Shown here piece by piece: positions 53,901 to 64,000 of a stretch of 64,000 nt of DNA. Origin of the DNA: Octopus bimaculoides. Its lineage: Eukaryota. Positions within the stretch are counted from its first letter, which is position 1. Each line of letters starts with the position of its first letter. A program made the translations under genes and the position numbers. The stretch is from assembly GCF_001194135.2 (NCBI RefSeq), contig NC_068984.1, forward strand, positions 39,417,891-39,481,890, read 5' to 3'. The notes under the pieces were generated by a model, which was given only the letters and a program-made list of their open reading frames with translations, was not told the DNA's origin and searched no databases.

Positions 53901-54442
53901 TAGGGAAGATACTTTGCTACCCCAGTAGGAAAAGAAAGGAAAGGAAGGAGTCATAAGGTTAGAGAGAAAGACAGAGAGACAGTCTGAGTGTGAGAGAGAG
54001 AGAAATAGATAGTGTTGGAAACACATCAGGATCTAATCACAGGGATCAGTTGGGGTGGGTAATAGTGGTACAGAGGGGATAGAAGAGGACGCTCCATAAG
54101 AGTGTGAAGGGAGATGTTTCGAGAAAGGGGATGGAAAAAATGTTTGAAGGAAATAAGAGATAACAGGAAACAGTAGTAATTATAAACATTGTAAAATAAG
54201 CACAGAGAACTTAATTATTTACACTGCATGTAAAAAGGAATTATGGAACACTAATTATTAAAAATTATTCATATGTTGGCAGACATGAATAAACACTGCA
54301 TTTTTATTTCTTAAAAGTATGATACAATAATTTTATCTTTCGTTTGCCTTATTGCCCAGTAGTTCGCATCAAGGCGTATGTTATATTTCCATATCTTAGA
54401 TTCGTCAATTCCCTAGGAATTTCTGTCTGAAACAACCTCCCG

Positions 54443-54529
<87 letters not shown>

Positions 54530-54674
54530 TAAATGAATAAATAAATAAATAAACAAATAAATAAACAAATAAATAAACAAATAAATAAAATGACAGTTAT
54601 AAAAAGAAACTTCTGAGAGATAAAATCTCTAAAGCTTTTTGAAATCACTTATTTCAGAGAAAAAAAATTATAAA

Positions 54675-54865
54675 ATAATGTGAATGACTGTGTGGTTAAT
54701 AAGCTTGCTTTGCAACCATATAGTTTTAGGTTCAATCCCACTGCACAGCACCTTCATAAAGTGTCTTCTACTAACCCTGGGCTGACCAATGTCTTGTGAG
54801 TGAATTTAGTAAACAGAAACTGTGTCGAAGCCTATCATGTGTGTCGTGTGTGTATGTGTGTGTGG

Positions 54866-54908
<43 letters not shown>

Positions 54909-55145
54909 TACCCTCACCACTTGACGACTGGTGCTGGTTTGTTTTCATCCAAATAAATTAGTAGTTCAGCAAAAGAGACTGACAGAATATGCACCAGACT
55001 TAAAAAGTTAAGTAGTGGGGTCAATATGATTGATTAAAGTGTCGATTTGATCTGCTAAAGAGTCAATTTTTTTTTTAATTAAGACCTTCAATATGGCGTC
55101 CTAGCATAGCAACTGCTCAATGACTGAAACAACAAAAAGATAAAA
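54675..55145 (+). mobile_element. tRNA-derived SINE (long family) with internal (TG)n
   Basis: Head, aggttcaatccc B box and 3' block present. Confidence 0.85.
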
Positions 55146-55650
55146 GATGAAAACAGAAGAGATTAATTAGTGGAAAATGTGAAAGGTGACTCTATGAAGA
55201 TAAGAACTTAATGTTCAGATTTTATAACAAAAAAACTTAAGCATAAAAGCTCCCACTACTATCCTCATCGTCATTTTAATGTCCATTTCTCAAAGCTAAA
55301 ATTGGTTAAATGAGTCCAACATACAGTATGTTATCATTTATTTTAATCTTTTCCCACCTCGTTTGTGAGTCCAAGGAACCTGAAATCAAACTGCAAGTTT
55401 TTTTTTATTTTCTCATGTTTCCCTTCGTCCATTTTGCATTTGAGGCAAATCATCATGTCAGCCATGAGGGGAGAAGAGCCCTGCAAAAGGGCTGCATCAA
55501 GGCAGAATCAAACAATGGTCTGGAATGTGGTTCAAGGAGTCACCATTACTCAATAAATAAGGATTTATAGTATACACTCAAACACTCATGGAGAATTCTT
55601 CTATACAATTCAATAAATTTTTGACAAAACAACATATTCCCCAAAAAAAC

Positions 55651-55726
<76 letters not shown>

Positions 55727-56996
55727 GAGGCCACAAAGCAAATGAAACATAATTCCTTCCAAACACTTTTAATAAAATTGTTGGCCACTCTAAAATCCAC
55801 TTAACACTATATATATATACGCAGCTGACAATATTCTCAATAGAAAAGGAATTTGTCATGCATATTAAATGCTTAAAACTACAAAACGTGTTGTTTACTT
55901 ATTTTTTGCTTATCAAATGCTTAAAAGCTTAAAACACATGCTATTGTGATGTTGATACTGCTTTGTTGTCTTATGATTGCAGTCATGCACAAAATGGGTA
56001 GAAATTATCAAACTTCTGAAACTTTCTTTATAAACTTTTTCTAGAACAAATGAATCAGGCTCTGAGATTCGGAGGGAAAAATTACATCAATAACACCAAA
56101 TTTGAAAATTTTTACTTAATTTTAAAATTACAAAATGTGCAGCCAAACAGAAAAGCTACAAAACAGATATGTTATATCTGACAGGCTGGTGGGGAATTCT
56201 ATCAATAAAAACACATGAACTGCTTCTAATGTTTAAATTGTATGTACTGTCAATTTATACTTTGCTTTCTTTGATTTATTGTATTGCCTACATAATACAA
56301 ATATTGAAGTCAATATAGCAATGACATGTAATAGTTAACCCAGGGCTATAGTAGAAGCTACTTTCTCAAGGTGCCATATTGTGGGACTGAACCTGAAACC
56401 ATGTGGTAAGAAAGTAAAATTCTTACTATACAGCCACATCAATGCCTATACCATGTCTGCACCTATGATATCTTTAAATCCCAGCTGTCTTCCTAGCTCC
56501 TCCCTGTGATCTGCCTTCCATAAGTTTTAACATAAAATGTCCAATGGTGCCTGCATGTCGCATTTTTCACCAGCCTCAGAGCAGTTCCCACATTCAGTAA
56601 CCATACTTCATTTCTGTGTAGCACTACAAGTATGGTATATGCTTCATATTAGTCTACCATTTCCACAGAAAAAGTCTTTGCTTCCAAATTTCCATCACTC
56701 TCTTTTACTGAAATAACAATACTTTTATGACAGATTTTACTACAATACTCCTCAAGTAAAATCAGAAAACTATGTTTGCTTTTGTTATTTTTTAACTTGT
56801 GAGTTTGGAAACAATATATATATTTCACTCACACACACGGAGTTATATACACACACACATATATAAATATATGCATATATAAATATATGCATATATACAT
56901 GTGTGTGTGTGTGTGTGTGTGTGTGCATGTGTGTGTGCATGTGTGTGTGCATGTGTGTGTGTGTGTGTGTGTGTGCGTGTGTGTGTGTAATATTTG

Positions 56997-57137
56997 TTAA
57001 AAATCTTGGTTGTTAATATCACTTTGTATTGACGTTGCCTCTGACATTTGAGAGAAATCCCCATTACAATTTTCACCAGTATTTATTATCACAGAACCAC
57101 AAGTGGCATTCTCAAAGGTTATATTACAATTGGGACA
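56997..57137 (-). CDS. Putative terminal coding exon of an unidentified host gene
   Basis: Strong acceptor ttcttttattttctcttccAG; phase 0; CPNCNITFENATCGSVIINTGENCNGDFSQMSEATSIQSDINNQDF*. Confidence 0.7.
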   Translation of the reverse strand, partial: CPNCNITFENATCGSVIINTGENCNGDFSQMSEATSIQSDINNQDF

Positions 57138-57761
57138 CTGGAAGAGAAAATAAAAGAATTTCAGAAATTGCATATTATTTTACATCTTCATTAAATTATC
57201 TAAAATAGCTATATGAAAAAATTATGAAAATATTAATTTAAGCAATGTAAACAGTAAAACTGCCATGTTATTAAGTAAGTGAGAAAAGCGAGCTGCAAAT
57301 CTGACATTGTGAAGTCATACGATACACATCATTAGGAAGATTAGTTAAATGAGTCTTTATATGTGCAGTATGGCAGTGTAAACTTAAGCAACATGAACCA
57401 AATTCCAGAGATATAACTGCTGATATAGACAGGCAATACAATTAGTAGTAGTGGTAGCATTGGTGGTAGTGGTGGTGGTGAGGATGACGACGACGAGGAT
57501 AGTGTGATGCTTCCTTTCATACACTTAAACATTACTGTTTTTTATGCTCACCTCATATTATTTCTGTAGAGAGATGCTCTTTCTTGCCTACAAAAACTGA
57601 TGGTCTCTTATTATTCAAACTATATGACTACACTACAGGTGCAGAAGTAACACTTTTTTTTATTTGTTTTTATAGTTTTCTACTGTAAAAATTTCTATTT
57701 TTTTTAGTTTTATTTTATACAATTTTGTATATATTTTATAATGCATCATTTCTTTGTGTGA

Positions 57762-58090
57762 AAGCATGTGGCTTAGTGTTTAGGATATTTTGCTCATAAC
57801 TGTAAAGACATGAGTTCGATTCCTGGTAGAGCATTGTGTCCTTCTGCAAGACACTTTATTTCACATTGCACCAGTCTATTCAACTGGCAAAAATAAGTTC
57901 TACTTGTAATCCAAAATGGCCAACCTTGTCCCATTCTGTGTCACACTGAATCTTCCTGAGAACTACGTTAAGGGTATGTGTGTTTGTGGAGTGCTCAGCC
58001 ACTTGTGCATTAATTTCACAAGCAGGCTGTTCCATCGATTGGACCAACTGGAACCCTCATCATTGAAACCAACGGAGAGCCAGGCCATCA
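57762..58090 (+). mobile_element. tRNA-derived SINE with CORE-like domain, intronic
   Basis: gtggcttagtg A box, gagttcgattcc B box, gtgtccttctgcaagacactttatttcac core. Confidence 0.75.
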
Positions 58091-58119
58091 TTTTTTTCTC
58101 TTTATTTCAGGAATTTTGA

Positions 58120-58552
58120 ATAAATGTGGCTAAGTGATTAATAAAAGAACAAAGAGTGAAAGCAGTTCATGTTCATTACCAAAATAACAACAATGGAGTA
58201 AAGCCACTCATTTGTTACCAGCAGAATTTAACATTCAGCAAGTGGAGAGCTGAAATATCACAAGCTTGATTAGAAAATGTGAAAGAACAGGAAGCATAAC
58301 TGATGCCCCAAGAACAGGAAGGCCAGTTTCAGCAACAAGTTTAGAAAAGTTCAATGAAATAAAAGATTCATTGTTGAGCACTCCTCAAAAATTTAGTGCA
58401 TTTTGAATATATCAATTAGTTGATTAATCATAACAGATCATGTTGTTTAAATGAGACAATACTTATAAACTTCCTTAAATTATTATAGTTCATTTTCATT
58501 CAATAAAAGTTAATAAATATAAAAAGGGCATTACTTTTGCTGCACCCCGTTT
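58120..58552 (+). mobile_element. DUF4817-type Tc1/mariner remnant, intronic
   Basis: KEQRVKAVH..., LIRKCERTGSITDAPRTGRP; terminus ttttgctgcaccccgt. Confidence 0.65.
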
Positions 58553-58774
58553 TACTGTATCGCCCCCTAGTACTAAATAAGTCATTTAAACATACCATCT
58601 GACCCATAAGAGAAGAAAGAGCACTCTCTGTATTTCATTTTATGGTTGTTCATATTTTGGGCTTCTTTAAAACATCTGCTTGAGATTCTATAGCTCCTTT
58701 TATACACCTACCATTTGCAATGCTGAGTTTCTTCGTGCATACAGTGATAATTGTATACATTCTATTTTACTTAC

Positions 58775-58978
58775 TTCTTGAAATAATGACTGGTTAATTT
58801 GGTTTTCAAGGTGTTTCAACTTTTTATCTTTTTCCTCTATAATCATCTTTAACTGGTTCACAAAATTATCATTGTTCTGTTTTTTCACAACCATCTCACC
58901 CATCTGCTGATGTACTGATTCTGGCTTTGAGATACAAATGTTATTTTCAATCATCTCTTTCATGCGACCATGCTGATT
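58775..58978 (-). CDS. Putative internal coding exon (coiled-coil) of the same host gene
   Basis: Acceptor ttttattctAG, donor GTAAGT, 204 nt phase 0-0, no stops: NQHGRMKEMIENN...LKMIIEEKDKKLKHLENQINQSLFQE; joins the terminal exon in frame. Confidence 0.8.
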
Positions 58979-59069
58979 CTAGAATAAAATTAAAGAAAAT
59001 TAATTATATTTCATATTGTATTTTTATGAACAATGTCATTTTTGCTTCTGTTGAGCTAATGGAATTTAC

Positions 59070-59085
59070 ATAACTACGTTCATTC
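59070..59085 (-). CDS. Possible 16-nt microexon
   Basis: Long polypyrimidine tract + tttaaAG, donor GTaaat; in frame with the next exon (NERSY); 91-nt intron. Confidence 0.3.
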
Positions 59086-61735
59086 CTTTAAATAAAAAAA
59101 GAAAAGAAAACTGCATGTTGTTGACCAAGTTCATCTGGAACCTCAAAAGGAGGAATATAGACCATTCTATTTTGTGGGTTTATTATAAGTAGTGCTCTTC
59201 TTTATGGAGGGGGAGCTGTAATTTGTGCTTAATGGGAATGACTGAATTTCTCAATTGTAAATCTAACCTAATTAACAAACATAACAAGTTATTAATTCAT
59301 TGTTCTGACTTATTTAACAAATCATCCTTCAAATTTCCAAACAAAAATCTCACATAACTAACTTTCCTGGGCATAAATCAAATTGATGCCTATGTTATCT
59401 TATTAGAGATTTTCCTTTTTTCTTAAATTACTTACTATGCGATATACCAAGTACTTTTTTCCTAATTTTTAATCTTTAATTATTTAATTGAAGTCACTTT
59501 AACCATAGTAAATCTTCGTTTTAGGATTTTGTTTGCAAGATTCTTTATGTGAGTTCGTGTATTGAAGCATATTTTGCTGTCTGGAGAGAGTCATTCTCTT
59601 TTAGTGCTTTATTATTTAACTCACTCACCAGTAAAATTTCCACTCGTTTACTTATTTAGTAGATCTGATATTTCACAAAAGGAATAGAGAGGTGGCTAAT
59701 TAACTTACAAATTCCACATTTAGTTACTATGCACCCACTTGACCTTTCCCTTGTTCCTTTTCCTTCTTTTTCTAGGTGATTTAATTGCCTCACTACTACA
59801 TACTGGTCAGCAAATAAAATTGTTAGACAGTAGTAATCTTCTCTAAGCTACATTCTCACAGACTAACATACAAAAATGAAGCTAAATTACAATAATTTAA
59901 TCTATTTTCATCAATTAATTAATTTATTTATTTATTTTATAAACATCGTAGTTTAATCTTATTCTAAATATGTAATATATCCTTTATAATCTCGTGCTAA
60001 TTTATACACATTCTACTATTGCAAACTATAACTACAACAATTAGTAACATAAAATAGGGTTTATATAAATACATAAATCGGCTAAACTTATTATATAAGT
60101 AATTTAACTTATGTCTGCATTTAATTTTTCGTTCATCTAGGGAATTAATCAATTTTTTATTATCAGTTAATAATATCTCCTAAGTTTGTTTACAGTTGTT
60201 AGTTTAGTGTCAATTNNNNNNNNNNNNNNNNNNNNNNNNNNNNNNNNNNNNNNNNNNNNNNNNNNNNNNNNNNNNNNNNNNNNNNNNNNNNNNNNNNNNN
60301 NNNNNNNNNNNNNNNNNNNNNNNNNNNNNNNNNNNNNNNNNNNNNNNNNNNNNNNNNNNNNNNNNNNNNNNNNNNNNNNNNNNNNNNNNNNNNNNNNNNN
60401 NNNNNNNNNNNNNNNNNNNNNNNNNNNNNNNNNNNNNNNNNNNNNNNNNNNNNNNNNNNNNNNNNNNNNNNNNNNNNNNNNNNNNNNNNNNNNNNNNNNN
60501 NNNNNNNNNNNNNNNNNNNNNNNNNNNNNNNNNNNNNNNNNNNNNNNNNNNNNNNNNNNNNNNNNNNNNNNNNNNNNNNNNNNNNNNNNNNNNNNNNNNN
60601 NNNNNNNNNNNNNNNNNNNNNNNNNNNNNNNNNNNNNNNNNNNNNNNNNNNNNNNNNNNNNNNNNNNNNNNNNNNNNNNNNNNNNNNNNNNNNNNNNNNN
60701 NNNNNNNNNNNNNNNNNNNNNNNNNNNNNNNNNNNNNNNNNNNNNNNNNNNNNNNNNNNNNNNNNNNNNNNNNNNNNNNNNNNNNNNNNNNNNNNNNNNN
60801 NNNNNNNNNNNNNNNNNNNNNNNNNNNNNNNNNNNNNNNNNNNNNNNNNNAATACACAGAAGCATACAGGATAACACACACACAATAAACATATATGCAC
60901 TTACCGGTGGTACTTATCAGAAATAGAGACAGAAGTATAAACAAAGTAAATAAATAAATAGATAAATAAATAAATATATAAACATATCTGTCACATACCT
61001 GTGATAAATGTAAGACAGAGATAGATAAAATAAATAAAACTATATAAAGGGCATGCATACATACGAAGCAAACCCATACACACACAAACACACACACATG
61101 AAACTTCATAGACGGCCAAAACAATGTCGACAACACAACTAACATGGCCAGAAGCAGCGGTGGTGCCAATGATGGTAATAACAACAACAACTACTATGAC
61201 AGCAACACTATGGGAGAACACACATACTCAGAGGAATACAGGAACTGTACCATATTCTTTTTAGGCCTTAGGACAGCAGCAGCACAATGGGGTGAGAGGA
61301 TGGGGCTGAGGGGAAGGCTACACTGCTGCTAAAAACTATGATGCACACACAAGCATACATACACACGTACACACACATGCACACACAACGTACACGCACA
61401 CAAACAAGGGCACAAATGCATGTGCACATAAGGATACACATCTTTGAAGAACAGAATGAAGTAAGTGGAGCATGAACACACACGAAAATGAAAAGTGTCA
61501 CTGAAGAGGTCACAGATGTGCGACGAAAGATTTCTGGACAATGGACAGGGGTTAAAATAATAAAATAAGAGCAGTAATAAATGAGTGAAAAATATATATA
61601 TAGTGCGTATATTTATTTGCCCTCCCCCCACAAAAAAATTGAGCATCCTGAAATACAATATTTGTTTCAACACACGATTTCACGTCAGGAATCTTGCAAG
61701 ACAAATTGATAAACGTGTGTGTGTGTGTGTATATG

Positions 61736-61769
<34 letters not shown>

Positions 61770-62744
61770 NNNNNNNNNNNNNNNNNNNNNNNNNNNNNNN
61801 NNNNNNNNNNNNNNNNNNNNNNNNNNNNNNNNNNNNNNNNNNNNNNNNNNNNNNNNNNNNNNNNNNNNNNNNNNNNNNNNNNNNNNNNNNNNNNNNNNNN
61901 NNNNNNNNNNNNNNNNNNNNNNNNNNNNNNNNNNNNNNNNNNNNNNNNNNNNNNNNNNNNNNNNNNNNNNNNNNNNNNNNNNNNNNNNNNNNNNNNNNNN
62001 NNNNNNNNNNNNNNNNNNNNNNNNNNNNNNNNNNNNNNNNNNNNNNNNNNNNNNNNNNNNNNNNNNNNNNNNNNNNNNNNNNNNNNNNNNNNNNNNNNNN
62101 NNNNNNNNNNNNNNNNNNNNNNNNNNNNNNNNNNNNNNNNNNNNNNNNNNNNNNNNNNNNNNNNNNNNNNNNNNNNNNNNNNNNNNNNNNNNNNNNNNNN
62201 NNNNNNNNNNNNNNNNNNNNNNNNNNNNNNNNNNNNNNNNNNNNNNNNNNNNNNNNNNNNNNNNNNNNNNNNNNNNNNNNNNNNNNNNNNNNNNNNNNNN
62301 NNNNNNNNNNNNNNNNNNNNNNNNNNNNNNNNNNNNNNNNNNNNNNNNNNNNNNNNNNNNNNNNNNNNNNNNNNNNNNNNNNNNNNNNNNNNNNNNNNNN
62401 NNNNNNNNNNNNNNNNNNNNNNNNNNNNNNNNNNNNNNNNNNNNNNNNNNNNNNNNNNNNNNNNNNNNNNNNNNNNNNNNNNNNNNNNNNNNNNNNNNNN
62501 NNNNNNNNNNNNNNNNNNNNNNNNNNNNNNNNNNNNNNNNNNNNNNNNNNNNNNNNNNNNNNNNNNNNNNNNNNNNNNNNNNNNNNNNNNNNNNNNNNNN
62601 NNNNNNNNNNNNNNNNNNNNNNNNNNNNNNNNNNNNNNNNNNNNNNNNNNNNNNNNNNNNNNNNNNNNNNNNNNNNNNNNNNNNNNNNNNNNNNNNNNNN
62701 NNNNNNNNNNNNNNNNNNNNNNNNNNNNNNNNNNNNNNNNNNNN

Positions 62745-63420
62745 TGGGTGTGTGGGAAGGATAGGGAAGGATAGGGAAGGATAGGAATGTGTAGGAGTGG
62801 GGTGGGCTTATGAGGGAGGGTTTGAAGAGGGGAGGAGAGTTGAGCCCATGTGGCACAAAGGAGCGAAGAGAGAAGATTAATCCCTGTTCACAGCGCAAAC
62901 AAGAGTCTAGATGGCCCCTGTGCAAGGACAATCTGAACACGGACAGGTGTTGCAAAGAGTGACCGGTAGAGCAGAAATGGCGTGAGACCGGTTGACATTG
63001 CTGAGGCAGATGTCTCGGAGGTGTTCTGCAAACCAGTCGGCCAAGCGGCGTCCCGTTTGTCCGATGTACAGAGAATGGCAGAGAGAGCAGGAGATGCAAT
63101 AGATGATATTGGTAGAAGTGCAGGTGAAGGAATCAGTGATGTGATAGGATTGATCATAGGTGCCGGTGAGGAGGGTGGTGTTGGAGAGGTAAAGGCAAGT
63201 GCGACAGCGTGGGCGGGAGCAGGGAAACGAGCGAGGTTGGGAGGTTGGGTTGGGGAAGAAGCTGTGGACCAAGAGGTCTCATTGGTTGTGGGCTCGTTTG
63301 AAGGAGGGGAGGGGTCAGTTAGGGAAGATGTGTGAAGTGGTGGGGTCGGACTGGAGACACCGGAAAGCTCGGAGAATGGTGCGTTGGAGAGGTAGGATGG
63401 TGGGGTGGTAGATGAACTAG
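62745..63420 (-). mobile_element. Penelope-like GIY-YIG fragment and 3' tail
   Basis: ORF 62907-63272: PCSRPRCRTC, FTCTSTNIIYCISCSLCHSLYIGQTGRRLADWFAEH. Confidence 0.92.
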
Positions 63421-63424
63421 CTAG

Positions 63425-64000
63425 GACTCTTGAAAATAAAAATTGTCTTATTATTGATAATAATACAAATAACTACCAAACTATTAATAACACCAACGCA
63501 ACCAATAATCATGCACGTGTTAATGAACATATTAATACTTCAACTGTTAACATAGTTGATGAGATAAATCTTCCTAGCTAAAACAATATCAATTGCATAT
63601 CTAATAATACAACTCCAGCAATATTGATGTAACTAATTTAGATACTTGTATCAATGATCAACATAACAATATATATATAGCTAATAAGCCCCTTAATTGC
63701 AATTGTAGAATTAAAGCCCACTGTCCGGTATCTGGCCGTTGTTTAACCCACAATGTAGTCTATAAATGTACAGTAACTACTCCAACTAATAATTACATTT
63801 ATGTTGGTTGCACAATCAACCTTAAACAACGATTATATAACCATTTTTCTTCATTTAGACTTAAACATAAAGCCAATAGCACATCATTATCTAATAAAAT
63901 TTGGGAATTGAAGGAAAATGGTATCGATTTTAATCTTAAATGGGAAATCGTCAGGAGAGCACAACCTTATAGAAATAATAGATATGGCTGTGGACTGTGC
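63425..64000 (+). mobile_element. Penelope-like GIY-YIG region, open to the window end
   Basis: 63698-64000: CNCRIKAHCPVSGRCLTHNVVYKCTV...IYVGCT..LKQRLYNHFSSF..STSLSNKIWELK..LKWEIVRRAQPY..CGLC. Confidence 0.92.

Noticed and set aside
56659-56716. Alternative terminal exon (V)KESDGNLEAKTFSVEMVD*
   Set aside because: It needs a phase-1 donor, but the supported upstream exon ends in phase 0; more likely 3' UTR.
31469-63099. Long ORFs of 120-515 aa in the track
   Set aside because: They are made of X from N-gaps and are not coding evidence.

Overview
AT-rich animal genomic DNA from a gapped draft assembly (11 N-runs). Microsatellite density and SINE types suggest an octopus/cephalopod, which is an inference. 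Almost all interpretable sequence is decayed transposable elements: many restriction-like-endonuclease (RLE, R4/Dong-type) LINE fragments, RTE, Jockey/CR1-group and Tx1 LINEs, about seven Penelope-like (PLE) fragments, two Gypsy fragments, Tigger/TIGD, maT and DUF4817-type Tc1/mariner, a probable hAT relic, Helitron ends and about 11 tRNA-derived SINEs. The only host-gene evidence is two in-phase minus-strand exons (58775-58978, 56997-57137) encoding a coiled-coil followed by a CPNC motif. Most X-rich or repetitive ORFs in the track are gap or microsatellite artefacts. Highlights: (1) two related RLE LINE families whose 5'-truncated copies sit in (CATA)n repeats and whose own 3' UTRs contain (CATA)n, including a nested insertion with an in-window empty-site control; (2) Dong-like LINEs stacked in (TAA)n; (3) minimal hammerhead ribozyme motifs in PLE tails. 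Element boundaries are approximate and all translations were done by eye.
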